DNA of 64,000 nucleotides from Verrucomicrobiota bacterium (GTDB lineage Bacteria > Verrucomicrobiota > Verrucomicrobiia > Limisphaerales > BJHT01), in NCBI GenBank assembly GCA_014193395.1, contig BJHT01000007.1:1005-65004 (forward strand), given 5' to 3'. Position numbers and translations under genes: made by a program. Below, in pieces: positions 27,273-36,278 of this stretch. The notes below the pieces were generated by a model that saw only the letters and a program-made list of their open reading frames with translations, searched no databases and was not told the DNA's origin. Position 1 is the stretch's first letter. Every line of letters starts with the position of its first letter.

Positions 27273-28094
27273 ATGGCCAAATCTGCTTTCGACGCTGCGG
27301 CCGTCCGCACCCGCTGCCAGGGCTATCGCCGCCGCATCTTGGACATTTCCCAGACCGTCGGTGCCTTGCATATCGCGCCGTCCTTCTCGTGTCTGGAACT
27401 CGTCGCGACGGCCTATTTCGGCCTGCTGAACCGCACCGGCGACGTGGCGACGGAGGACACGTTCATTCTCTCCAAAGGCCACGGCTCGCTCGCGCAATTC
27501 GTCGCGCTCGAGGAACTCGGCGTCATCCCCCGCGCCTGGCTGGAGAATTACTGCAAGCCCGGTTTCCCCCTCGCCACGCATCCCGACTACGGCACGCCCG
27601 GCGTCGCCGCTTCGACCGGCTCGCTCGGCCACGGACTGGGCCTCGCCGTCGGCATGGCCTACGCCGACAAATTGCACGGCAAGGACCGCGACATCTATCT
27701 CGTGATGAGCGACGGCGAATTGCAGGAAGGCTCCGTGTGGGAAGCCCTGATGACCGCACCGTCCTTCGGTCTCACCCGCATCGTGGCGATGGTGGACCTG
27801 AACGATTTCCAGTCGCTCGGCCGCACGAGCAAGACGCTTCCCAATTTTTATCCCATGCTCGACAAACTCCGCGCCTTCGGCTGGGAAGCCGCCGAGGTGG
27901 ACGGCCACGACCCGCAGGCCATCCACGACGCTGTCACCGCGCGCTCGGGCAGCAAGCCGTTCATCCTGCTCGGCCGCACCACCAAGGGCAAAGGCGTGAC
28001 CTTCATGGAAAACGTCCCCATCTGGCATTACCGCTCGCCCAACGCCGAGGAATACAAAATCGCCATCCAGCAGGTAGAGGGCTGCGGCCTGTGA
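27273..28094 (+). CDS. Transketolase, N-terminal (TPP-binding) subunit of a split transketolase
   Basis: 273 aa with SKGHGSLA, GSLGHGLGLAVGMA and SDGELQEGSVWEA (TPP motif). Confidence 0.88.
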   Translation: MAKSAFDAAAVRTRCQGYRRRILDISQTVGALHIAPSFSCLELVATAYFGLLNRTGDVATEDTFILSKGHGSLAQFVALEELGVIPRAWLENYCKPGFPLATHPDYGTPGVAASTGSLGHGLGLAVGMAYADKLHGKDRDIYLVMSDGELQEGSVWEALMTAPSFGLTRIVAMVDLNDFQSLGRTSKTLPNFYPMLDKLRAFGWEAAEVDGHDPQAIHDAVTARSGSKPFILLGRTTKGKGVTFMENVPIWHYRSPNAEEYKIAIQQVEGCGL

Positions 28095-29020
28095 GAAATT
28101 CCTTCGCCAACGCCTTCTACGAACTCGCCAAGAGCGACAAACGCATTTGTCTGGTCGTCGCGGACATCACCGCCGCGGCCGGGGTCGCCTCGTTTCAAAA
28201 AGAATCGCCCGAACGCTTCATCAACGTCGGCGTGGCCGAGCAGATGATGGTCGGCATGTGTGCCGGTCTCGCGCTGCGCGGCTGCATTCCCTTCGCCTAC
28301 ACCATCGCGACCTTCACGATTTACCGGCCCTTCGAGCAGGTACGCGTGGATTGCTGCTACCAAAACCTGCCGGTGAAACTCGTCGGCGTCGGCGGCGGCG
28401 TGAGCTACTCGACCCTCGGCGGCACGCATCACGCGCAGGAGGACGTCGCCCTCATGAGCGCCATCCCGAACATGACCGTGCTCGCGCCGTGCGATCCCGC
28501 CGAGGCCGCCGCCTGCACGCGCGCATGCGTCATCGACATTCCCGGCCCGGTTTATCTCCGCCTCGGCAAGGCGGGCGAACCCGACCTCACGGCCGGCGCG
28601 CCGGACCCGTTCCTATTGGGCAAAGTCCGTTGCATCCGCGCCGGCACCGACGTGTGTCTGCTTGCCTACGGCCCGATCACCAAGATGGCCTGTGAAATTG
28701 CCGCGCGGTTGGAAAAGGAAAAGGGCCTGTCCACTGCCGTCGTGGCCGTTCACAGCCTCAAGCCGCTGGACGAAGCCGGCATCGCGGCCCTGCTCGCGCG
28801 GTTCAAGACCGTGGCGGTCATTGAAGAACACGCGCCCTTCGGCGGCCTCGGCCCGCAGGTGAAAGCCATCGCGTGGGACAGCGGCGCCCGCTGCAAGCTG
28901 CGCACCTACTCGCTCAAGGATGAGTTCATCCACGTCTATGGCACGCACGCCGAGCTGCTCAAGGCGCACGGGCTGGACCCGGAACTGATCTTCCACGAAC
29001 TGGCCGCCCTCGCCGGCTAG
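28091..29020 (+). CDS. Transketolase, C-terminal (pyrimidine-binding) subunit of a split transketolase
   Basis: Distal part of track ORF 27389..29020. GTG start overlaps the upstream stop. It has FINVGVAEQMMVGMCAGLA and GGTHHAQEDVALM motifs. Confidence 0.85.
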   Translation: MRNSFANAFYELAKSDKRICLVVADITAAAGVASFQKESPERFINVGVAEQMMVGMCAGLALRGCIPFAYTIATFTIYRPFEQVRVDCCYQNLPVKLVGVGGGVSYSTLGGTHHAQEDVALMSAIPNMTVLAPCDPAEAAACTRACVIDIPGPVYLRLGKAGEPDLTAGAPDPFLLGKVRCIRAGTDVCLLAYGPITKMACEIAARLEKEKGLSTAVVAVHSLKPLDEAGIAALLARFKTVAVIEEHAPFGGLGPQVKAIAWDSGARCKLRTYSLKDEFIHVYGTHAELLKAHGLDPELIFHELAALAG

Positions 29021-29032
29021 CCCGCCCCGCGC

Positions 29033-29695
29033 ATGGCCAAACTCGATTTCATTTCCGGCATCCACAACGCCACCAAACGCAACTACGTCCAGCGCGTGGT
29101 CGAGTTCGACAAGGCCGAGTGCGCCGCGGTCTCGAAAAAGTTCGGCCAGGAATATTTCGATGGGGATCGCAAATACGGCTACGGAGGCTTCCGCTACGAC
29201 GGCCGCTGGAAATCGTTCGCCGAAAAACTCATCGCGCACTACCGCCTGAAACCGGGGATGCGCGTGCTGGACATCGGCTGCGCCAAAGGCTTCGTGCTGC
29301 ACGAACTCAAGCAGTTGATCCCCGAACTGGAGGTCGCCGGCCTGGACATTTCGGAATATGCCATCGCCAACGGTATGGAATCCGTGAAGCCATTCCTGCG
29401 CGTGGGCAACGCGATGGCACTCCCCTACCCCGACCAACACTTCGACCTCGTACTGTGTGTCAACACACTGCACAACCTCTATCTCCCCGGTCTCTTTCAG
29501 GCGCTGCGCGAGATCCAACGCGTCGGCCGTGGTGGCAAATTCATCGTGATGGATTCCTACCGGAACGAGCGCGAGAAGGTGAACCTGATGTATTGGCAGC
29601 TCACTTGTGAGTGCTTCTTCACGCCGACCGAGTGGGAATGGATTTTCCAGCAGACCGGCTACACCGGCGACTGGGACTTCGTCTGCTTCGAGTAG
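29033..29695 (+). CDS. Class I SAM-dependent methyltransferase
   Basis: Motif I VLDIGCAKG, plus DLVLCVNTLHNL. Confidence 0.8.
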   Translation: MAKLDFISGIHNATKRNYVQRVVEFDKAECAAVSKKFGQEYFDGDRKYGYGGFRYDGRWKSFAEKLIAHYRLKPGMRVLDIGCAKGFVLHELKQLIPELEVAGLDISEYAIANGMESVKPFLRVGNAMALPYPDQHFDLVLCVNTLHNLYLPGLFQALREIQRVGRGGKFIVMDSYRNEREKVNLMYWQLTCECFFTPTEWEWIFQQTGYTGDWDFVCFE

Positions 29696-29811
29696 GAGTC
29701 AAGCTATGAGACGCGGCACCAGTCATCTGACCCTTCACCGGCAACCGGAAATGCGAAACCCGCTGTCAAGGGCTGCAGGGTGAAGCGGGATAACTCATCG
29801 GTGCTGGAACT

Positions 29812-30396
29812 ATGAACTTAGGCGGACGCTATCTGACCGAAGAAGACCTGCGGAATGCCGGGTTCAAACACCTCGGGCGAAATGTTAGGATCCATGAGCG
29901 GGCCAGTGTCTATGGCGCCGAGAACATCTCGCTGGGCAATCATGTGCGCATTGATGACTTCTCCATTCTGATCGCCACCGGTCAACTGATCATCGGTGAT
30001 CATGTCAGCATCCCGAACTTTTGTTTTCTGGGCGCCAAGTTTGGTCTCACCATGGAGGACTTCGTCACGCTTGCTCCGGGGGTCAAAATTTTTACCGCGA
30101 GCGATGATTACTCCGGTGAACGGCTTACCGGACCAACGGTGCCGACTGAGTGGACCGGGGGACGCAAGGGAGCGGTGGTGCTCCGGAGGCACGTCATTCT
30201 TGGGGCAGGCAGCGTCGTACTACCGGGATGCACGCTGGGGGAGGGAGCGGCCGTGGGGGCCTTGTCACTGGTCAAGGAGGATCTGGAGCCTTGGGGTGTT
30301 TATGCGGGCACGCCCGTCCGACGCCTGCACGCCCGCCAGCGAGAGTTATTGAAATTGGAAATGGAACTACGCAAAGTCGAAACCCATGAACATTGA
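29812..30396 (+). CDS. Hexapeptide-repeat (LbH) acetyl/acyltransferase
   Basis: Repeated [LIV]-G-x4 hexapeptides (ISLGNHVRIDDFSIL, ILGAGSVVLPGCTLGEGAAVGA). Confidence 0.8.
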   Translation: MNLGGRYLTEEDLRNAGFKHLGRNVRIHERASVYGAENISLGNHVRIDDFSILIATGQLIIGDHVSIPNFCFLGAKFGLTMEDFVTLAPGVKIFTASDDYSGERLTGPTVPTEWTGGRKGAVVLRRHVILGAGSVVLPGCTLGEGAAVGALSLVKEDLEPWGVYAGTPVRRLHARQRELLKLEMELRKVETHEH

Positions 30397-31090
30397 CATT
30401 GGTCAGTACAACGCCAACCCAGACCTCTATCAGTCACTGATCAATGATCTCTACGCCGCCCACCCGCCAATAACCCTGCCGCCGGAATACGCCTCTTTCT
30501 TCAAGAATGACCTGCTGCGGCTGCTCATCCGTCTGGCGCGTTACAAATTCGTGGCGCGACTGGTCAAGAAGACTGACCGCGTGTTGGAAGTCGGTTCCGG
30601 TTCCGGCGTCGGCTGCACCTTCCTGGCGCAGCATTGCGCGCACGCCACCGGGATTGATGTCAAGACCACCGAGGTCGAGGAGGCGCGATCCATCAACCGG
30701 CGGGAGAATGTGGCTTTTGTCTGCGGCGATCTTTTCAAGCAACCGGCGGAACGCATTTATGATGTCGTCCTGGCGCTCGATGTCATCGAACACATGCCGG
30801 TGGAACAGGGTGACAAGCTGCTCGCTGCCATGACGGCGCGCCTCAAGCCCGACGGCATGCTCGTGATCGGCACGCCCAGTCTCTACTCTTATCCCTATCA
30901 GAGCGCGTTGAGCCAGGCCTCCCATGTCAAATGCTACGACCAGCAGGAACTGGTCTCCTTGATCGAACGCCACGTCGGCCGGGCGCTGCCTTTCTCCATG
31001 AATGACGAAGTGGTCCACACCGGCTACTCCAAAATGGCTTGGTATTACTTCGTGCTCGGCTTTGGGCCCAAGACCGCCCCGCCCCTATGA
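30386..31090 (+). CDS. Class I SAM-dependent methyltransferase
   Basis: Motif I VLEVGSGSGVG, plus DVVLALDVIEHM. 11-nt overlap with the upstream gene. Confidence 0.8.
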   Translation: MNIDIGQYNANPDLYQSLINDLYAAHPPITLPPEYASFFKNDLLRLLIRLARYKFVARLVKKTDRVLEVGSGSGVGCTFLAQHCAHATGIDVKTTEVEEARSINRRENVAFVCGDLFKQPAERIYDVVLALDVIEHMPVEQGDKLLAAMTARLKPDGMLVIGTPSLYSYPYQSALSQASHVKCYDQQELVSLIERHVGRALPFSMNDEVVHTGYSKMAWYYFVLGFGPKTAPPL

Positions 31091-31106
31091 ACCCACGAGA
31101 CTACCT

Positions 31107-32222
31107 ATGAACCGGCGAGTTTCTTTCCTCGATCTGCGCGTCACTGACGAGCAGGAACGGCGTGAACTGTTGGCGGCCGCCGAGGCCGTTCTGTGTCACG
31201 GACGGATCGTCATGGGACCGGAGATGCAGGAATTTGAAACCCGGATCGCGGCGCATCTGGGCCGCCGCTTTGCCGTCGCCGTCAATTCCGGCACCGATGC
31301 GCTCTTCTTTGGCATCCGCGCCCTGGGCCTCGGTCCCGGCGACGAAGTCATCACTACCTCGCTGTCCTGGATCGCGACGGCCAACGCCATCGCCCTCAAC
31401 GGCGCTACTCCCGTGTTTGCCGACATCCGGGAGGATCTGAATATGGACCCGGAGAGTGTCCGCCGGCTCCTTACCCCGCGTACCAAGGCTATCTTGCCTG
31501 TTCATTATACCGGCAAAGTGTGTGAGATGGAGGCCCTGCTGAAACTCGCCGCCAGCCACGGCGTGCCGCTGGTGGAAGACGGTTCCCAGTCGTTCGACGC
31601 GCGGCATCATGGCCGCGTCTCGGGGGCCTTTGGCACCCTCGGGTGCATCAGCCTCAACCCGATGAAAGTCTATGCGGCGTGCGGCGAGGCTGGCGTGATC
31701 GTGCTGGATGACGAGAAGCTCCACGAACGCCTGATCGCCCTGCGTTACAACGGCACAGTGAACCGCGAGACCTGCATCGAGCCGAGTCTCAATGGACGGC
31801 TGGATACCATGCAGGCCGCATTCCTCCTCTGTCGCCTGCCGCGGGTTGCCGAAATAATCCGCCGCCGCCGCGAGCACGCCGCGCTGTATTCCAAACTGCT
31901 CGCCGGCTTGGTGGGGACGCCGTTGGAACGCGAGGGTGAGTCCGATGTCTATTACACTTACACCATCCGTTCTTCACGCCGCGACGAATTGAAGGCGTTC
32001 CTCGAGGCCCGGGGCGTCGAGACAAAAATCCAACATCCCCTGTTGATGCCCGAGCAGCCCGCTTATCGAGAAACGGTGCGGGGTGAGTTCACCAACGCCC
32101 GGCGGCTGGTGAAGGAGATACTCTGCCTGCCGGTCCACGAAAAGCTGACTCCCTCGGACATCGAATACGTGGCGGCATGCATTGCCGAACACGGTCCCTC
32201 CGTCCCCTCATGGCCGCGGTAA
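31107..32222 (+). CDS. DegT/DnrJ/EryC1/StrS-family PLP-dependent sugar aminotransferase
   Basis: Distal part of track ORF 31002..32222 from MNRRVSFLDL. It has the family pattern (VNSGTDALFF..; ISLNPMKVY with the PLP-Lys). Confidence 0.85.
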   Translation: MNRRVSFLDLRVTDEQERRELLAAAEAVLCHGRIVMGPEMQEFETRIAAHLGRRFAVAVNSGTDALFFGIRALGLGPGDEVITTSLSWIATANAIALNGATPVFADIREDLNMDPESVRRLLTPRTKAILPVHYTGKVCEMEALLKLAASHGVPLVEDGSQSFDARHHGRVSGAFGTLGCISLNPMKVYAACGEAGVIVLDDEKLHERLIALRYNGTVNRETCIEPSLNGRLDTMQAAFLLCRLPRVAEIIRRRREHAALYSKLLAGLVGTPLEREGESDVYYTYTIRSSRRDELKAFLEARGVETKIQHPLLMPEQPAYRETVRGEFTNARRLVKEILCLPVHEKLTPSDIEYVAACIAEHGPSVPSWPR

Positions 32223-32701
32223 CCTACTTCCCCGGAGCCGACCTTATCGTCATCACTCCGGCTCTGCTGGCACAGGTCAAACAGGCCGCCGCTGAGGAAC
32301 CCCTCCGTCGCGCCCGCCTCTGCCTGCATCCGGGACCGGCCGACCCTTTGCACGAGATGGTCGTCGCCTTCTGCCGCGATGCCTATCTGCGCCCGCACCG
32401 GCATCGGGGGAAGAGCGAGTCCTTCCATATCATCGAGGGCGAATTGGACGTGATTTTCTTCGATGACTCCGGGCGGATCACCCGCCGGCTCGAACTGGGT
32501 CCGGTCGGTTCCGGCCGGGCCTTTTTCTACCGCCTGGCAAGCCATGCCTGGCACACGATCGTCCTGCGCACCGAAACTGCCGTGATTCATGAGACCACCA
32601 ACGGTCCGTTCAATCCTGCGGACTGTGAATTCGCACCATGGAGTCCTGCTCCGGGGGACCGCGCCGCCGTGGCCGCGTTCATGCAGCGACTGACACAGTA
32701 A
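32210..32701 (+). CDS. wbuC: WbuC-family cupin-fold protein
   Basis: Track ORF 32177..32701, start at MAAVTYF. It has RARLCLHP...YLRPHRH..KSESFHIIEGEL, as in WbuC cupins of O-antigen clusters. Confidence 0.7.
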   Translation: MAAVTYFPGADLIVITPALLAQVKQAAAEEPLRRARLCLHPGPADPLHEMVVAFCRDAYLRPHRHRGKSESFHIIEGELDVIFFDDSGRITRRLELGPVGSGRAFFYRLASHAWHTIVLRTETAVIHETTNGPFNPADCEFAPWSPAPGDRAAVAAFMQRLTQ

Positions 32702-32721
32702 CCCGTTTCCGCACCTGACCC

Positions 32722-33687
32722 ATGGAACGGCCCAAGCTCTCCGTCCTGCTCCCGAACTATAATCACGCCCAGTTCCTCCCGCGTTCGCTGGCCGCGGTGG
32801 GCGCGCAATCCGCTCATCTCTTCGAAGTCATCGTGATTGATGACGGTTCCACGGACAACAGCGTGGAGATTATCAAGCAGTTCGCCGCGAAGTTCCCGGT
32901 CATCAAACTATTCGAGAACGGGAAAAACCTCGGCATCCATGCCAGCGTGGACCGCGCCATCCGGGTCGCCCAGGGCGACTATCTCTACTTCGGCGCGGCG
33001 GATGATGAGATCGCACCCGGACTGTTTGAGAAGTCCATGGCTTTGCTCGCCAAACATCCACAGGCCGGTCTCTGCTGCACCATTGGTGACTTTCACGAAG
33101 AAGCCACGGGCTTGCGCTGGCTGTGGGGTGGCGACATTGCCCGGCAGGCCTGCTACCTGTCGCCGGCGGAACTGCTGGAGATAGACAAACGGGGCGATCT
33201 CTACATCCCGCCGCACAGTGTCATCATGAAGCGCCGCGCGCTTTTGGAGGTCGGCTTTCACCTCGAACTAAAGTCCGCCTGTGACTGGTATCTCATGCAG
33301 GTGGTCGCATTCCGCCATGGCATGTGCTTTGTGCCGGAGCCGCTGGCGGTGTTCTATATCCAACCCAATTCCTATTACAAACGCGTGCTCCGCGACCCGG
33401 CCGAGCATCGCAAGCTGCTCGCCGAACTGCTCCGCCGCCTCCATCTCCCCGAGAATCAGGATGTCCTCCCGCTCCTGCGCGAAGGCGGGTCACTCTATCT
33501 CTATGTCACTCCGATGTTCCGCCTCATTCTGAGCCGGCCAGAATATCGGCACCTCATTACCTTCCGCTACCTGCGCAAGATGCTGGTCCACGCCACCAAG
33601 CTGTTTTTCAAAAAGCACGCGCCCAAGTCACTGATCAGTCTCTATCTCAGGTTCTCTCCCTACCGCGTCCAGAACCCGCCCGCGTGA
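32722..33687 (+). CDS. Family 2 glycosyltransferase (GT-A)
   Basis: LSVLLPNYNHAQFL...VIVIDDGSTDNS...GAADDE (DxD-type) motifs. Confidence 0.85.
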   Translation: MERPKLSVLLPNYNHAQFLPRSLAAVGAQSAHLFEVIVIDDGSTDNSVEIIKQFAAKFPVIKLFENGKNLGIHASVDRAIRVAQGDYLYFGAADDEIAPGLFEKSMALLAKHPQAGLCCTIGDFHEEATGLRWLWGGDIARQACYLSPAELLEIDKRGDLYIPPHSVIMKRRALLEVGFHLELKSACDWYLMQVVAFRHGMCFVPEPLAVFYIQPNSYYKRVLRDPAEHRKLLAELLRRLHLPENQDVLPLLREGGSLYLYVTPMFRLILSRPEYRHLITFRYLRKMLVHATKLFFKKHAPKSLISLYLRFSPYRVQNPPA

Positions 33688-33697
33688 ATCCGTCCAC

Positions 33698-34798
33698 TCA
33701 CTGCCCGCGCTGCGCCTGCGCCTCCAGCCAGGCGCAGGCTTGGGGTAGGACGACATCCCAGTGGAAAGTTTTGGCCCGTTCCCACGCGGCTTTCCGATAG
33801 CTCTGGTACTTATCAGGTTGGAGTAATATCTCCTGTAGTCTCACCGCCAGTGACTCGGGGGTTTCTTCCGCGGACACCAAGCCCGTCTGGTCATGCAAGG
33901 TGGACTCCACCAGTCCCTCTACCGGATAAACTAATCCGGGAGTTCCCATGGCGTTGGCTTCGATAACATTGAGACCCCAGCCTTCCCGCAGCGAGGTGTG
34001 AACCAGGAAATGCGCGCGTCGGAGTATCTCATTCTTCTCGGTCTCGGAGACTTGACCGGTGAGAGTGACTCGATCTTGGAGACTCTCGGCAGCGACTAAT
34101 CCCCGCAAGCGCATCTCTTCCTCGCCACCACCGACAATGGTGAGTTGCGCCGTCACACCTGCCGCCGCGAGACACTTCATCAAGCGCACGGCGTGTTCGA
34201 CGCGCTTGTTCGGAGCGAGCCGGCAGACAGTCACGAGCCGGAGCGGCGGGGTCAGTGGCTTGGCTTCCAGTTCCGGCAGCGCACGGGTGTGAACGCCGTA
34301 GGGAATCAAGGTGATGTCGCGGACTCCATGCGCGCGGAGACAGTCGCGGGTGGCCTGACACGCGGTCCAGAAAGGTACTTTCCGATAACCCCAATGAGTC
34401 CACCGCTCCTGCCAGCGACCGATGGCGCTGAGCGGCCACGGATAGAAGGCGCTCCAGATCGGTCCGAGGACTTCGTGGATGTAGGCGACACAGCGGGTCC
34501 GGCACCACCACGGCGCATACCAAGGAATGCCGTGGTGTTGGTCGATCACGAGGTCAAAGGGGGCCTGTCGCCGATACCAGCGGACCGCGTGCAGGATGGA
34601 AGTGCCCATGCCACCGCCCCGAACGATATGAACGCCGCCAAGGTTCGCGGTCGGGGCTGCGCCGGGGAAGTCATTGGCAAACCACCACGCCTCGTGCCCG
34701 CGTTGCACGAGGGCTTCGAGATAGGCTTGCGTCACCCGCTCGGCGCCACCGGCGAGCGGATTTTGCGGGTCCCGCCAATTCAGCATCAAAAAGCGCAT
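33698..34798 (-). CDS. Family 4 (GT-B, GT1-superfamily) glycosyltransferase
   Basis: Track ORF 33698..34846, start at MRFLMLNW. It has the C-terminal EGWGLNVIEANAMGTP (E-x7-E region). Confidence 0.82.
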   Translation of the reverse strand: MRFLMLNWRDPQNPLAGGAERVTQAYLEALVQRGHEAWWFANDFPGAAPTANLGGVHIVRGGGMGTSILHAVRWYRRQAPFDLVIDQHHGIPWYAPWWCRTRCVAYIHEVLGPIWSAFYPWPLSAIGRWQERWTHWGYRKVPFWTACQATRDCLRAHGVRDITLIPYGVHTRALPELEAKPLTPPLRLVTVCRLAPNKRVEHAVRLMKCLAAAGVTAQLTIVGGGEEEMRLRGLVAAESLQDRVTLTGQVSETEKNEILRRAHFLVHTSLREGWGLNVIEANAMGTPGLVYPVEGLVESTLHDQTGLVSAEETPESLAVRLQEILLQPDKYQSYRKAAWERAKTFHWDVVLPQACAWLEAQAQRGQ

Positions 34799-34985
34799 AG
34801 GGGCCAAGGGCGACGGTTTATGCGGGCAAAGCCGTCGTGCTGACAATCACAAAACCTGAAAACTGCGCCGGGGATGGAACCAAACAGGGCGCGAAACAGG
34901 CGACCTCCGAGAGGGAACGTGACGGTGGCAGGGACTGGCGGACTTAGTGAAACAAACACTTATGCTGCTGAGCTACTAAGAAACT

Positions 34986-35097
34986 AAAACCACTAACCGG
35001 CACTAACTGGCACTAATAGGGAGGGCAGGATGTTACTTAATATCCGGCTACTCACTGGCTTTTTTCGATTAGTGCGAGTTAGTGCCGGTTAGTGGTT
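34986..35097. repeat. Palindromic repeat family E, copy 2
   Basis: AAACCACTAACCGGCACTAACTGGCACTAATAGG ... CGATTAGTGCGAGTTAGTGCCGGTTAGTGGTTT. It lies at the end of the glycan cluster. Confidence 0.85.
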
Positions 35098-35168
35098 TGA
35101 GAATCCCGCCGAGGACAGTACCGGTGTTGGGTGGACCAACTTTACCCGACCAATTGAAACGTCACTGC

Positions 35169-35987
35169 TCAGGGCATGAGGAAGACGGCGGCACCGGGGC
35201 CGGGACTGGAGGGAGTACCCCAGCCGTAGGATTTTCCGGCGTTCACGAGCGATGTTTGCAGAGTGGTGGCGGTGGCCTGTTGCACACTGCCATCCGCAAA
35301 GGCCACGTTACCTTGCGAGTCGTGAAGCATGGAACCGGAACCCATCACCCAGCGAACGGAGTTTGCGGCCGGCTCATCGGTGATGACGAAACGGGAACCG
35401 CCCGGCCAGGCCGTGGTGGTTGGAGCGTTGCTGGCGCTGGAGAAATTGATGTTGCGGTCCACGTTCAGGACGGCGAGCGGGTTGATCTCTTCGGCGAGTG
35501 CCTGCGGGGCGTAGCTGATGGCACGGTTTTGATTGCCGGGATGGCCGAGGCTGGCGGTGGAGCTAAGCCCGGGCGCACGGGCAAGCGCCGCGAAATCGGT
35601 GACGCGGTTGTAGGTCGCACGGAAGCGGTCAGAGGGACAAAGGAGAACCTTGGGTGACTGGAGTTCGTTCCACATTGCTTGGAAAACCTGCCAGGCGAAG
35701 GCGGTGGTGGTGGGTGTTGCGCCGGGAGCGGTTCCGATCTCACTGGGTTGGTAGAGGTAGGGATGGTTGGTGGCCTGGAGGGGGAATTTATCGCCATTGT
35801 CGGTGGCGAAGACGCGAAACGCAGTGCCGATCTGTTTCTGGTTGTTGACGCATTTGATGCGGGGGTGTTTTCGACTTCCGCCACGAGAAGGAAGGAGCAT
35901 CGAAGCCAATAGCCCCAGGGTGACGAGGACGACCAACAGTTCGATGAGAGTGAAGGCGCCAGTGTTTGGGCAGGTGGGGAGTTTCAT
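35169..35987 (-). CDS. Prepilin-type N-terminal cleavage/methylation-domain protein, DUF1559-like
   Basis: N-terminal GAFTLIELLVVLV motif and C-terminal H-x9-DG-like NVAFADGSV, typical of the expanded PVC-superphylum family. Confidence 0.8.
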   Translation of the reverse strand: MKLPTCPNTGAFTLIELLVVLVTLGLLASMLLPSRGGSRKHPRIKCVNNQKQIGTAFRVFATDNGDKFPLQATNHPYLYQPSEIGTAPGATPTTTAFAWQVFQAMWNELQSPKVLLCPSDRFRATYNRVTDFAALARAPGLSSTASLGHPGNQNRAISYAPQALAEEINPLAVLNVDRNINFSSASNAPTTTAWPGGSRFVITDEPAANSVRWVMGSGSMLHDSQGNVAFADGSVQQATATTLQTSLVNAGKSYGWGTPSSPGPGAAVFLMP

Positions 35988-36278
35988 AGAGTCTCAGGCT
36001 TTGGTCTGAGTTAGGCATCCATTCGAGTGCTTCGGGATAGTTGCCGCAGTCTCGTGTCTTAACCGAAGCACCACCCATGCCAGCGGCGCTGGGGCGGAGG
36101 TATAAGGGGATTGGCCCGGTAAACTTCGTTCAGTCGGGAATATCTCACGCATATTGCGTGAACTGCCCGTTCCGGGTCGGAAGCTGCCGCACCTCAAGCA
36201 AACCCTACTTGACTCTCTGCGCCGTAGTCCCACCCGGAACGGGCTTGTCCTCTGCGTTGCTCGCCGCGCGCCGCCGGG

